From the NCBI GenBank assembly GCA_963720755.1, contig CAVRGP010000002.1, forward strand, positions 256,001 to 320,000: a stretch of 64,000 nt of DNA, in the 5' to 3' direction. Every line of letters begins with the position of its first letter. The stretch's first letter is position 1. Made by a program: the position numbers and the translations under genes. The notes beneath the pieces were generated by a model, which ran no database searches, had not been told where the DNA came from, and saw only the letters and a program-made list of their open reading frames with translations. Positions 40,812-51,419 of the stretch are shown piece after piece. Source of the stretch: an uncultured Chloroflexia bacterium. Lineage in GTDB: Bacteria > Chloroflexota > Limnocylindria > Limnocylindrales > CSP1-4.

Positions 40812-42290
40812 TCACCGGAGCCGGAAAATCGTTCGATGCCAGGGCTTCTCGGCCACTCCTGTCAGGTCCTGCATGACGTGCTTGACGGCGGTGTACTCCT
40901 CGAAGGAGTACGCCGACATGTCCTTGCCGAAACCCGACCGCTTGACGCCGCCGTGTGGCATCTCGCTGATGATCGGGATGTGGTCGTTCACCCACACGCA
41001 GCCGGCCGCGATCTCCCGGGTGGCCCGCAGCGACCGGTAGACATCCCGGGTCCAGGCCGAGGCGGCCAGGCCGTACTCGGTGGCGTTCGCCATCGCGATG
41101 GCCTCGTCGTCGGTGTCGAACGGCTGGACGCTCAGCACCGGGCCGAACACCTCGTCGGTGACGATCTCGCTGCCGGCCGGGGCGCCGATCACCAGGGTGG
41201 GTTCGTAGTAGGCCCCCGCGGCGAGGTCCCCGCCCGGCGCCCGCCCGCCGACCACCACCTGGGCGTCGCGGCGGGCCCGGGCCACCATCGCCGCCACCTT
41301 GTCCCGGTGCTGGAAGCTGACCAGCGGACCCAGGTCGGTGTCCTCGTCGGCGGGCGGACCCAGCCGCACGGCGGCGAACAGGTCGGCCACCCCCGCGACG
41401 AACTCGTCGTGCAGGGACCGGTGCACGATCGCCCTGGTGGCCGCCGTGCAATCCTGCCCGGAATTGATCAGACTGCCGGCCACCGCCCCGTGGATCGCCG
41501 CTGGCAGGTCGGCGTCGTCGAACACCACGAACGGTGCCTTGCCGCCGAGCTCCATGTGCATCCGTTTGCCGGTGACCGCGGCCGCCGCCATCACCCGCCG
41601 CCCGGTCGCAGTCGATCCGGTGAACGACACCATCGCCACGTCCGGATGCCCGGTCAGCCGTGAGCCGGCGTCGCCGCCGCGACCGACGATGACGTTGACC
41701 ACCCCGTCCGGTACGCCGGCATCGGCGCAGACCTGCGCGAACAACAGGCTGGTCAGCGGGGTGATCTCCGCCGGCTTGAGCACGATGGTGTTCCCGGCCG
41801 CGATGGCCGGCAGAATCTTCCACGCCGCCATTTGCAGCGGATAGTTCCAGGGGGCAATCGATCCGATGACGCCGATCGGCTCCCGCCGGATCGAGGACGT
41901 GTGGTCGGCGGAGTACTCGGCGGTGGCCCGGCCCTCGAGCATGCGGGCGGCGCCGGCGAAGAAGTCGATGTTGTCGATCGTGCCCGGGACATCGAATTCG
42001 CGGGCCAACCGGATCGGCTTCCCGGTCTGCCGGCTCTCCAGCTGGGCGAACTCCTCGGCCCGCTGCTCGAGCAGCCGTGCGGCCCTTCCCAACACGGCCG
42101 AGCGTTCCCCGGGGGTGGCCCGCGACCAGTCGAACCAGGCCGCGCGGGCTGCGTCGACGGCGTCGTCAACGTCCGCCGCGCCGGCCATCGTCACCGTTTC
42201 CACCACGGCAGCGGTTGACGGGTCGATCACGTCGAGGGTGTCGGTCGAGGTCGCGGGCCGCAGCACCCCGCCGATGAATTGATGACTCAC
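40812..42290 (-). CDS. Aldehyde dehydrogenase (gamma-aminobutyraldehyde dehydrogenase-like)
   Basis: PWNYP, FTGS, MELGGKAP, NSGQDCTA, EVFGPV, MPHGGVKRSGFGKD. Confidence 0.93.
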   Translation of the reverse strand: MSHQFIGGVLRPATSTDTLDVIDPSTAAVVETVTMAGAADVDDAVDAARAAWFDWSRATPGERSAVLGRAARLLEQRAEEFAQLESRQTGKPIRLAREFDVPGTIDNIDFFAGAARMLEGRATAEYSADHTSSIRREPIGVIGSIAPWNYPLQMAAWKILPAIAAGNTIVLKPAEITPLTSLLFAQVCADAGVPDGVVNVIVGRGGDAGSRLTGHPDVAMVSFTGSTATGRRVMAAAAVTGKRMHMELGGKAPFVVFDDADLPAAIHGAVAGSLINSGQDCTAATRAIVHRSLHDEFVAGVADLFAAVRLGPPADEDTDLGPLVSFQHRDKVAAMVARARRDAQVVVGGRAPGGDLAAGAYYEPTLVIGAPAGSEIVTDEVFGPVLSVQPFDTDDEAIAMANATEYGLAASAWTRDVYRSLRATREIAAGCVWVNDHIPIISEMPHGGVKRSGFGKDMSAYSFEEYTAVKHVMQDLTGVAEKPWHRTIFRLR

Positions 42291-42558
42291 GTCTCACTCC
42301 CCGTCCGGGTTGCCGGGCGCACCCCTGTTCCCGTCGTATCCTGCACTGGTTGGACGCGCGGGCTTCTGGTGCGTCGGACCACACCGCGGGGGATTGTTGA
42401 GCAGCGCGAAACGCCGTGCCTGCTGCAATTGGTGGGGGATTGTTGGCGGGATCATGGGAGTGGGGTATCAACGCCCGGCCCGGTCACACGTCTGTTCTAT
42501 CGGCACTGCTGCTATTCCGCGGGAGGAGTCAGCCCGTTCACGATCTTCGGAGGACCAC

Positions 42559-43869
42559 ATGCAGTTTCCTGGCCCGAGGCCCGCTCGACGGGCCGCGATG
42601 GCAGCCGTCATCGCCGGCATGTTGATCGCGACCGCGGCCTGCTCCGGCTCCACCGGCACGATATCGGCCGTCTCGACCGTCGGCGGCGTCGCACCGGCGG
42701 GAGTGACGACTGCCCAGCAGAGTCCGTCCGGCAGCAATTCCACCTCCGCCACCTCCTCCGGGTCAACCGCGGCGGCCACCTCGTCGGCGGCGCCGCGGCC
42801 GACGGTCGCGGTCACCTCGTCGCCGGCCTTCGGCGACGAGGAGCTGTCGCCGTCCGAGCCCGTCGTCATCTCGGTGGCTCGCGGCACCATCGCGCAGCTG
42901 ACGTTCACCAATCCCGAGGGCGTCCAGGTCGACGGCACCCTGAGCGCGGACAAGACGTCGTGGACGCTGGCCGAACCGCTGGGGTTCGGCCGCACCTACA
43001 CCGTGACCGGCACCGCGACCGGCACCGACGGCAGGCAGGTGCCGATCGAGGGCAGCTATACCACCGTCACGCCGGTCGACCAGATCACCACCAACATCTC
43101 GCCCGGCGACGGGGCGGTGGTCGGTGTTGCGGCTCCGGTGATCGTCCGGTTGGGTTACGAACCGGCTGACAAGGCGCTCATCGAGAGCCACGTCACGATC
43201 ACCACCACCCCGGCCGTGGAGGGTGCGTGGGCGTGGATCAGGCACGACGGCGACAAGTACCCGTCGCTGGACTGGCGCCCGAAGGAGTACTGGCCGTCCG
43301 GCACCGTGGTGCACGTCGAGTCCGACATCTACGGTCTGGACTTCGGCGGCGGCTACTACGGCGGCGACAACGTCACCAGCGACTTCACCATCGGGCGCAA
43401 TCAGGTGGTCAAGGCCGACGCCAATGCCTACAACATCGTTGTCCAGCAGGACGGGGTCACGGTGGCCACCTACGACGCGTCCTATGGGAGCGGAGACATC
43501 ATCGGCGACCCGAACCGGGTCACCCGCTCCGGCGTGCACGTGGTGATGGACAAGCAGGAAACCACCAAGATGAGCAACCCGGCGTACGGGTACACCAACA
43601 TCACCGAGCACTGGGCCGTGCGGATCAGTGACAACGGTGAGTTCATCCACCAGAACCAGGGCACCGTCGGCGACCAGGGCGTGGACAACGTCAGCCACGG
43701 CTGCATCAACCTGTCCGCGGAGAGCGCCGAGGCGTACTTCAACTCCGCGATCTACGGCGACCCGGTCGAGGTGACCGGAACCAGCGTGCCGCTGTCCGCC
43801 GCGGACGGCGACATCTACGACTGGGCGTACAGCTGGGACGAGTGGCAGGCGCTGTCGGCGCAGGCCTGA
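42559..43869 (+). CDS. L,D-transpeptidase lipoprotein (Ig-like + YkuD)
   Basis: Lipobox TAAC, WRPKEYWPSGT, GEFIH...NVSHGCINL. Confidence 0.92.
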   Translation: MQFPGPRPARRAAMAAVIAGMLIATAACSGSTGTISAVSTVGGVAPAGVTTAQQSPSGSNSTSATSSGSTAAATSSAAPRPTVAVTSSPAFGDEELSPSEPVVISVARGTIAQLTFTNPEGVQVDGTLSADKTSWTLAEPLGFGRTYTVTGTATGTDGRQVPIEGSYTTVTPVDQITTNISPGDGAVVGVAAPVIVRLGYEPADKALIESHVTITTTPAVEGAWAWIRHDGDKYPSLDWRPKEYWPSGTVVHVESDIYGLDFGGGYYGGDNVTSDFTIGRNQVVKADANAYNIVVQQDGVTVATYDASYGSGDIIGDPNRVTRSGVHVVMDKQETTKMSNPAYGYTNITEHWAVRISDNGEFIHQNQGTVGDQGVDNVSHGCINLSAESAEAYFNSAIYGDPVEVTGTSVPLSAADGDIYDWAYSWDEWQALSAQA

Positions 43870-43945
43870 GTCGCCCGGGAAATGGCGAGCCTCACGGTCG
43901 GTGCGTCCGGTGGGCGGCGCCGGAGCGGTTAGACTCTTGCACGCC

Positions 43946-44018
43946 GCCGCTGTAGCTCAGTTGGCAGAGCATCTCACTCGTAATGAGAAGGTCTGGGGTT
44001 CGATTCCCCACAGCGGCT
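43946..44018 (+). tRNA. tRNA-Thr(CGT)
   Basis: GCCGCTG/CAGCGGC acceptor stem, anticodon arm TCTCA-CTCGTAA-TGAGA, GGTTCGATTCC; -10 TAGACT at 43930; CCA not encoded. Confidence 0.96.
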
Positions 44019-44155
44019 CGTATCGACGCAGGTCAGGGGCGGTTCCCCGAGTAGCGGGCCGCCCCTGCTGCATTCGGCCGGTAGTGCGCGGCCCGTCGGG
44101 TCCGCATGCTGCGGCCTTACAGCTCACTGACGGGCAGCGAACCTTCGCAACCTGG

Positions 44156-44384
44156 CAACCGCTCCGGGAATCCACCACCGCTGCGGAGGGTGTGACTCCC
44201 CGGGGCCGTTGTGAGGTAGATGCTCTCGCGAGAAAAGTCGACAGGCCGCGAGTTCCTACCGCGCCAGCAGCGGAAGGAAATTCTGCTCCACCAACTGGGC
44301 GAAGGATGACGCGTCGAGAGAACCCTGCGGGGGACCTCGGCGTCCGTACAACCGCTGCGGGAATCCACCACAGCTGCAGACGGT
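44156..44384 (+). repeat. Two 36-bp direct repeats (44156-44191, 44349-44384)
   Basis: CAACCGCT(C/G)CGGGAATCCACCAC(C/A)GCTGC(G/A)GA(G/C)GGT, 32/36 identical. Confidence 0.8.
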
Positions 44385-44457
44385 TCGAATCCCGGCAGGT
44401 GTTGGCCGGTGGCCCCGGCGAGCGCGGCCTGGACCCGGATTCGATGGCGACCGGGGC

Positions 44458-44958
44458 TCAGCCGCCGTCGCTGGCACCAACCGCTCCGGGCCCCAGGGCC
44501 CCGAGGAGCGTCGCGCAGATGTCCTCGAAGTTCTCCAGCTGCTGCTGGCTCAACGGGTCGAACATGATGGACCGCACGGTCTCCGCGTGACTGGGAGCGA
44601 CCTCGACCAGTCGGTCGAAGCCGGCGTCGGTGAGTTCGGCGATCTGGCCGCGACGATCGCCGGGTGCCGGAATTCGGCGTACCCAACCGGCCTCCTCGAG
44701 CCGGGAGATCGCGTGTGACACCCGCGACTGGGACGCCTTGACCACGTCGGCGAGTTGGTTCATCCGCAGTCGACGGTCCGGTGCTTCGGAGAGCATGGCC
44801 AAGATCAGGTAGTAGGCGTGCGGCATTCCCGCCGCCTGCTGCAGGTCGCGCTCGATGCGTTCGTTGAGCTGCGAGGACAGCCGCAGGAAGGATCGCCACA
44901 CGTGTTGTTGCTCGGCAGAGAGCCAGGGTTCGTCGGGCACGGGAGTCAGTATCACCAT
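44458..44958 (-). CDS. MarR family regulator
   Basis: WLSAEQQHVWR, LRMNQLA...SQSRVSHAISRLEEAGWVRR, DRRG; TTGAACGCTCAA palindrome at 44981-44992. Confidence 0.92.
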   Translation of the reverse strand: MVILTPVPDEPWLSAEQQHVWRSFLRLSSQLNERIERDLQQAAGMPHAYYLILAMLSEAPDRRLRMNQLADVVKASQSRVSHAISRLEEAGWVRRIPAPGDRRGQIAELTDAGFDRLVEVAPSHAETVRSIMFDPLSQQQLENFEDICATLLGALGPGAVGASDGG

Positions 44959-45057
44959 CGCAGGTCACAGAAAGCGATACTTGAACGCTCAACTACTTTG
45001 GGATAGGCTGTGAAGAGTGCTCCATCACCACCGTCGAAGTTTGCGAATCGAGTCCTC

Positions 45058-45870
45058 ATGGCCGTCGAATCTCCTGCCGCCACCCGTCCGAGCGCTGAGC
45101 GGATGCCCGTCCTCTACCTCTCGCACGGGGCACCGCCGCTGGCCGACGATCCGACCTGGACAGCGGAGTTGGCGGCCTGGAGCAGTGATCTGCCCCGGCC
45201 CACTTCGATCCTGGTGGTGTCGGCGCACTGGGAATCCGCGCCACTGACCGTCGGGGCCACCGACCAGGTGCCGCTGACCTACGACTTCGGGGGCTTCCCG
45301 CAGCGCTACTACGAGGTCACCTACCCCGCACCCGGCGCACCCGCACTCGCGCAGGACGTCGCGGCCCTCGTCGGGCGGCCGGGCCAGGAGGTCTACCAGG
45401 ATCCGCACCGCGGCCTGGACCACGGCGCGTATGTGCCGCTGGTCGAGATGTTCCCCAATGCGGACATCCCGGTGCTGCAGGTGTCGATGCCGACGCTCGA
45501 TCCGCGCCGGCTGTTCGAACTCGGGCGGTCACTGGCACCGCTGCGCGACGCGGGGGTGCTGATCATCGGGTCCGGCTTCACCACGCACAACCTGCGGGAG
45601 GCCCGCTTTGGCGACACCAGTGGCACCGGTCCGGCCTGGGGCCGGGAATTCGACGCCTGGGCGAAGCAGGCGGTGGAGTCCGGCGACATGGACGCGGTGC
45701 TGGACTTCCAGCACACCGCGCCGGCGGCCCGGATCGCCCACCCCAGGACAGAGCACTTCGCGCCGCTGTTCGTCTCGCTCGGAGCGAGCGCGGACACCTT
45801 CTCCGGTGCCCGCAGCGCGGTCGACGGGTTCTGGTACGGGATGGCCAAGCGGTCGTTCGAGATGAACTAG
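45058..45870 (+). CDS. DODA/YgiD-type class III extradiol dioxygenase
   Basis: LYLSHGAP, VSAHWE, GLDHG, GSGFTTHNL, AHPRTEHFAPL. Confidence 0.92.
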   Translation: MAVESPAATRPSAERMPVLYLSHGAPPLADDPTWTAELAAWSSDLPRPTSILVVSAHWESAPLTVGATDQVPLTYDFGGFPQRYYEVTYPAPGAPALAQDVAALVGRPGQEVYQDPHRGLDHGAYVPLVEMFPNADIPVLQVSMPTLDPRRLFELGRSLAPLRDAGVLIIGSGFTTHNLREARFGDTSGTGPAWGREFDAWAKQAVESGDMDAVLDFQHTAPAARIAHPRTEHFAPLFVSLGASADTFSGARSAVDGFWYGMAKRSFEMN

Positions 45871-45918
45871 GACCGCACTTCTTCCTCCGATGGCGCCTCA
45901 CCACCCCGTCGGAGGCGA

Positions 45919-46911
45919 CTAACCCACGCGCGTCGGGTTCGGCGGCACGGCAGGGTGATCGATCGGTGCTGCTGGTCGGGCAGCGGGCCGCCGGGCAATG
46001 GCGACACCGACCAGCGAGATCACCCCGCCGACGACGGCGAGCACCGCGGGGACCTCCCCGAGGAAGATCCAGCCCAACAGGATCGCGATCGGCGGCACCG
46101 CGTAGGTGGTTGCGCCCAATCGCCCGGCATCTGTCCTGGCCAGGGCGTAGGCCCAGGTCAGGAAGGCTGTCGCGGTGGGGACGACACCCAGGTAGACCAT
46201 CCCCAGGGTGGTGCCGGTCGAGGCCGCCCGGACATCGCTGAGCAGGGCCGGGACGAAGGGCAGGCAGGCGACGGTGCCGATCAGGCAGGCCAGCCAGGTC
46301 ACCTGCAGGCCCGGGATCCGGCGCAGGACCACCTTCTGGGCCACCACCGCGGCCGCGTAGACGACGGCCGCGAGCAGCACCAGCAGCACCCCGCCGAGGT
46401 CGGCATTGCCCGTGCTGGTCGCCACCCCGATCAGGATCGTGCCGCCGAAGGCGACCAATCCGCCGATCACCAGCATCCGGGGGAAACCCTCGCCGAGCAG
46501 CAGGCCGGCCAACACGCCGATCAGGATCGGGGCCAGCTGGATCAGCATGGCCGCCGTGCCCGCGTCGACGAGTTGCTCGCCCGCATTGAGCGCGACGTTG
46601 TAGACGCCGAACCACAACACCCCGATCAACGTGACCAGCGCCCACTCCCGGCCGCTCATCGGGACCCACACCCGCCGCACCGCCATGATCGCGGTCAAGC
46701 ACAGCGACGCGATGGTGAGCCGGCCGACGCTGAGCCCGCCGGGGGAGTACTCCTGGCCGACAAACCGGATCACCACGAAAGCGGACGCCCAGGCGAGCAC
46801 GGTGAACGAGGCTGCGGCGAGCACTCGCCAGGAGGTGGTGGAGGCGGCGGCGGCCGGCGCGGCCGAGGGCGGAGAGGAAGGCACCAGGTCAGTATCGACG
46901 TCTCCCATCAT
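45919..46911 (-). CDS. DMT/EamA family transporter
   Basis: LAWASAFVVIR, two EamA repeats, about 10 TM. Confidence 0.9.
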   Translation of the reverse strand: MMGDVDTDLVPSSPPSAAPAAAASTTSWRVLAAASFTVLAWASAFVVIRFVGQEYSPGGLSVGRLTIASLCLTAIMAVRRVWVPMSGREWALVTLIGVLWFGVYNVALNAGEQLVDAGTAAMLIQLAPILIGVLAGLLLGEGFPRMLVIGGLVAFGGTILIGVATSTGNADLGGVLLVLLAAVVYAAAVVAQKVVLRRIPGLQVTWLACLIGTVACLPFVPALLSDVRAASTGTTLGMVYLGVVPTATAFLTWAYALARTDAGRLGATTYAVPPIAILLGWIFLGEVPAVLAVVGGVISLVGVAIARRPAARPAAPIDHPAVPPNPTRVG

Positions 46912-46986
46912 CAGCACCAGCAATGGTTTCTGGCCCCAAAACAGCAGTTTTCCTGATGTATCCGCGCCAGGGTCGAGCGCAGGCGG

Positions 46987-48123
46987 GTGACTGGCAGGAC
47001 GGACACTGGACCGGTGACCGCATCGCAGCTCTGGCAGCCGGAGATCGCCGCCCTGCACCGAGCGGTCGCCCTCGCCGATCGGGGAGCCGGCACCGCGCTA
47101 CCCAATCCCGTCGTCGGCTGCGTGCTGCTGGCCCCTGGCGGCTGGACCGTTGGCGAGGGCTTCCACGAGCGGGCCGGCGGTCCGCATGCGGAAGTGGTGG
47201 CGCTGCGGGCGGCCGGTGCCTGGGCCCGCGGGGCGACGGCCGTCGTCACCCTCGAACCGTGCAACCACACCGGACGCACCGGGCCCTGCTCCGAGGCGTT
47301 GTTGGCCGCCGGGGTCGCCCGGGTGATCGTCGCCGTCCGCGACCCGTGGCCGACCGCCGCCGGCGGGATCGGCCGGCTGCGGGCCGGTGGCGTCGACGTC
47401 ATCGATCTTGCCGAGGCCGGGTCCGAAACACTCGAAGCGGGTCAGGGTGTGGCTGCCGCCGAGGACGTCAACCGGGTGTGGCTGACGGCCACCAGGAAGA
47501 GCCGGCCGTTCGTCACCTGGAAGACCGGGATGACGATCGACGGCCGGGTCGCGGCCGCGGACGGCACCAGTCGTTGGATCACCTCGGCAGCCGCCCGCGC
47601 CGATGTGCACGCCCTGCGGGCCCGGGTCGACACGATGATGGTCGGCGTCGGCACCGTGCTGGCCGACGATCCGCAGTTGACGGTCCGGGACGCGGACGGA
47701 GTAGCCACGGGTCGCCAACCACTCCGTGTCGTGGTCGATACGCACGGCAGAACACCGTCCGACGCAAGGGTTCTCGATGATGCTGCCGACACCTGGCTGG
47801 CCACGGCGGCCGAGGTGGGTGGCGACCCGTCGGGTCGGGTGGACCTCGGGGCCCTGCTGCGCAGGCTGTACGAGCGGGGCCGGCGGCATGTGCTGCTGGA
47901 GGGCGGCCCGACGGTGGCCGCCGCGTTCCTGGACGCCGGCCTGATCGACGAGGCGCTCGTCTACATTGCCCCCACCCTGCTCGGCGCCGGCCGGTCCGCC
48001 CTGTCGGGCGGTTCGGTCGCAACACTGGCCGACGCGCATCACGCCGAGTTGCGGGAGCTCACCAGGATCGGCCCCGACGCCAGGCTGCGGTACGCGCTGA
48101 ATGGTTCGCCCACTGCGAGTTGA
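46987..48123 (+). CDS. ribD: Bifunctional riboflavin deaminase/reductase
   Basis: PNPVVGC, HAE, TLEPCNHTGRTGPC, SRWITS, DDPQLTVR, EGG. Confidence 0.93.
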   Translation: MTGRTDTGPVTASQLWQPEIAALHRAVALADRGAGTALPNPVVGCVLLAPGGWTVGEGFHERAGGPHAEVVALRAAGAWARGATAVVTLEPCNHTGRTGPCSEALLAAGVARVIVAVRDPWPTAAGGIGRLRAGGVDVIDLAEAGSETLEAGQGVAAAEDVNRVWLTATRKSRPFVTWKTGMTIDGRVAAADGTSRWITSAAARADVHALRARVDTMMVGVGTVLADDPQLTVRDADGVATGRQPLRVVVDTHGRTPSDARVLDDAADTWLATAAEVGGDPSGRVDLGALLRRLYERGRRHVLLEGGPTVAAAFLDAGLIDEALVYIAPTLLGAGRSALSGGSVATLADAHHAELRELTRIGPDARLRYALNGSPTAS

Positions 48124-48439
48124 CCGCCACGGCTGATGTCCTGCTCCACAGCCGTCACTCGACCTGCCCTCGAGGCTTCCCCCGAACGGATGGTGTCTCG
48201 TGCACGACATTGCCGAGTGCGAATGAATGGTTCATCATTCTCGTTGAGAAACGGGCAGGAGTGGTACCGGTCGAGTATTTCGGGGCACAGAGTGCGCGAT
48301 CCGGCGATCTTAGCGGGTTTCCTACGGTAATATCGTTGATTCCCGACCATCACCGAATGCCAGGGGTTTGCCACGGGGCACGAAATTCGATATTCGAGAT
48401 TGCCGTTCGGACATGCGGACCTGCGGGGAGAGTGTTGAT

Positions 48440-49954
48440 ATGGGGTGCCGTGGAGGTCGTCGGACGGCCTTGTGGAAATGGCGGCAGCTGGCGGCCGGAA
48501 TGGTTGCCCTGCTGATGGGGATCGTCGTCGTCCCAGCCGCATTGCCCTCTCCCGATGTATCTGCCGCTGTCGCGGAGTCGACCGGCGTCTTCGCCGCTTC
48601 CGGCGTGCAGGTCACCGACGGTTCGACTATTGCGGGCGGCGTGCTCTCGCCGCTCACCGTCCGCACCACCGACCCAGGCGTGACGAGGGTGAAATGTGTA
48701 TTCGACGGCGTCTATCTCGGCATCGACAATGCCAGCCCATATTCTTTTGTTGTCGCACCTGCACTCGGTGAGCACACGTTGCGGTGCACCCTCCTGCGGT
48801 ACAACGGTTCCTCGTCCGGAATTCGCCTGCGTTTCAGCGTCAAGGCGGCGGCATTGCCGCCAACCAGTTCGCCTGGTTCGCCATCGCCGCAGAATTCCGC
48901 GAGCACGAGCGTGGCGGCCTCGTCGGCCGCGGTCGGCCAAGAGAGCGAAGATGTCGTGGTCACTGACGCTGCCGGCCTGCAACTTGCCCTTCGCAATGCT
49001 CGCCCCGGCATGACCATCACCATGAGAGACGGTTCCTACAAAGGAAACGAGGTCAGGGACACGACCGGCAAAGAGCCCGGCCGCTTCGTCGCCGCCGCGT
49101 CCGGCACCGCGACCGCACCGATCATCCTGCGGGGCTCACGTGCGGCAGTGCTCGACGGCGGCGGCGCCGGGGGAGGCTACGCCCTGCATTTGACGGGTGC
49201 CAATTACTGGAGCCTTCAGGGTTTCACGGTTTCGGCGGCTTCCCGAGGAATTGTGCTGGACAGATCGAGCCATAATATTATTGAAGGTGTTCACGTGACG
49301 AACATCGGTAACGAGGGTGTTCATTTCAGGGCGTTCTCGAGCGATAACCTGCTGACAAACAGCGTGGTTGACACCACCGGTGCCTCCTCTCCGATCTATG
49401 GAGAGGGAGTTTACATCGGATCCGCTCGCTCGAACTGGGGAACCTACAGTGGCGGCGCACCGGACAGATCCGATCGCAATCGGATCATCAATAATTCGAT
49501 CGTGGACACCTCCGCCGAGAACATCGACATCAAGGAGGGATCATCGGCCGGCGTCGTGCAGGGCAACGTCCTGGGCGGTGACAAGATCGCCGCCAAGAAC
49601 TCCGCCGACTCCTGGGTCGACGTCAAGGGCAACGGGTACCTGATCGACGCCAACCACGGCGTCACCGCTCCGCGACCGGGCACCACCACGTGCGGTGACC
49701 CGATGCAGGACCCCCATTCGGTCCAGAACCCCTTCTGCGATGGCATCCAGGTGCACGTGGTCGCCAGCGGTTGGGGGCAGGACAACACGTTCAGCAACAA
49801 CAGACTGGAGGTGAACGCGCCAGGGGTCGGCATCTGGCTGCAGAACACGGCAGTGTCGTTGAACAACGTGATCAGATGCAACAACAGTGTGACCGGCGCC
49901 GGCGCCGGATCCTACGCAACGAACAAGTACAGCCTCCTGAAATGTGCTCCGTGA
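48440..49954 (+). CDS. Secreted Ig-like + right-handed beta-helix protein (polysaccharide lyase/hydrolase-like)
   Basis: Signal-like N-terminus, DNASPYSF Ig motif, ALRNARPGMTITMRDGSY, EGVYIGS, ENIDIKEG. Confidence 0.75.
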   Translation: MGCRGGRRTALWKWRQLAAGMVALLMGIVVVPAALPSPDVSAAVAESTGVFAASGVQVTDGSTIAGGVLSPLTVRTTDPGVTRVKCVFDGVYLGIDNASPYSFVVAPALGEHTLRCTLLRYNGSSSGIRLRFSVKAAALPPTSSPGSPSPQNSASTSVAASSAAVGQESEDVVVTDAAGLQLALRNARPGMTITMRDGSYKGNEVRDTTGKEPGRFVAAASGTATAPIILRGSRAAVLDGGGAGGGYALHLTGANYWSLQGFTVSAASRGIVLDRSSHNIIEGVHVTNIGNEGVHFRAFSSDNLLTNSVVDTTGASSPIYGEGVYIGSARSNWGTYSGGAPDRSDRNRIINNSIVDTSAENIDIKEGSSAGVVQGNVLGGDKIAAKNSADSWVDVKGNGYLIDANHGVTAPRPGTTTCGDPMQDPHSVQNPFCDGIQVHVVASGWGQDNTFSNNRLEVNAPGVGIWLQNTAVSLNNVIRCNNSVTGAGAGSYATNKYSLLKCAP

Positions 49955-50537
49955 CAACGACGCTGTGACCTCTTCTGAAGACCTCGGTCAATCACTTGCA
50001 GTGGCCGCCGTGGTGCCCGCGACTATTGCTTCTGATCAGCGATCAGCAATCAGTGGCCGTTGGGCCACCTGCCGATCTATTCCGGGTAGGGCGTATTTGC
50101 CGCGACGCGGTAAATATGGCCCGCTGGGCAGATGGGTTGCCCCAAAGGAACCTCCACACGTTCGCCGGGTCTCTCGGTCGATGGAGGCTGTTGCCGTGTC
50201 AGCACCGATAGGGATCGTCCGCATTCTGGACAAGCGGTCTTCAGTCGTCTGTTGCCACTCATATCCGCCCCATTTACTCTCGCAGCGCTCACCCACGTCG
50301 GAGTAAGCGAGATTTCCGAACTTCGCATCTGCAAGCAACCAGCCGTCGGGAGTCCGGACATCCTCCGGGGGAGAGGCTATCGGGCCCGCGGGACTAGGGC
50401 GATCGTCAATGCGGGCTGAATCCAACGGGAATTCAGAAGACAAGTGCAGCGCACTTGACCCGCCGACCAATCGGGATTGAGGACGGTCCACCGGGTTCGG
50501 GCTGGCGCCGGCCCGAACTTCGGCGGAGCATGTCGGG

Positions 50538-51368
50538 ATGGCCGTGTCGATGTCACAGCACCAGATGGCGGTACTCCCGCAACTGCGCTACCAGCCGACA
50601 CCCAAGCATGTACGAGTCCGGCTGGGTGACGATCTGGTCGCCGACAGCACCGGGGCGGTGCTGATCTGGGAGCCGCACCGGGTGGTCGCGTCGTACGGGA
50701 TACCGGAGGCCGACATCTCGGCGAACCTGACGCCGACAGATGGGGGCCCGGAGCCCGAGTATCGAACGATCGGGTTCGGCGCCGCGGGCCCGCCCCTGCT
50801 CGACCCCAGCGTGCCGTTCGCCGTGCACACCGCGAACGGTGAACCGATGACCGTCGCTGCCGGGGGTAGCAGCCGGGAGGGAGCCGCGTTCCGGCTCAGC
50901 GACCCGGACTTGGCCGGTCTGGTCGTGCTGGATTTCGACGCGTTCGACTGGTGGGAGGAGGACGAACAGATCATCGGCCACGCCCGGGATCCGTTTCACC
51001 GCATCGACGTTCGGCGCACGTCACGCCGGATCCGGATCGAGTACAACGGCGTCGTATTGGCCGATACCGAGCGGGCGCGGGCCTTGTTCGAGGGCACCTT
51101 TCCGGTCGTTCGGTACTACCTGCCGGCCGAGGACGTCCGGGTCGTGCTCACGCCGAGCGCCCTGCGCACCACCTGTGCCTACAAGGGTCACGCGACCCAC
51201 TTCACGGCGGAGGTCGGCGACGAGGAACTGCCGGACATCGCCTGGTCGTACCCGGAACCGCTGGCGGACGCCGCCGAGGTGGCCGGAATGATTGCGTTCT
51301 ACCAAGAACGCCTGGACGTGTTCATCGACGACGAACCGGTTCAGCGAGTCCGCACGCCCTGGTCGTGA
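50538..51368 (+). CDS. DUF427 (tandem) domain protein
   Basis: EQIIGHARDPFHRID, RYYLP, TTCAYKG, AWSYPEP. Confidence 0.88.
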   Translation: MAVSMSQHQMAVLPQLRYQPTPKHVRVRLGDDLVADSTGAVLIWEPHRVVASYGIPEADISANLTPTDGGPEPEYRTIGFGAAGPPLLDPSVPFAVHTANGEPMTVAAGGSSREGAAFRLSDPDLAGLVVLDFDAFDWWEEDEQIIGHARDPFHRIDVRRTSRRIRIEYNGVVLADTERARALFEGTFPVVRYYLPAEDVRVVLTPSALRTTCAYKGHATHFTAEVGDEELPDIAWSYPEPLADAAEVAGMIAFYQERLDVFIDDEPVQRVRTPWS

Positions 51369-51419
51369 CGAGAGACCTGCACCGACGGCGGTTCGGGGCT
51401 TCGTTCGAGCGCCTGACCG

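Noticed and set aside
44156-44384. 36-bp direct repeats as a mini-CRISPR array
   Set aside because: Only two copies, separated by 157 bp (too long for a spacer), with no cas genes.
49955-50500. Protein-coding ORFs or a riboswitch in the AT-richer gap
   Set aside because: ORFs lack codon bias and recognisable motifs, and no known riboswitch consensus is visible.
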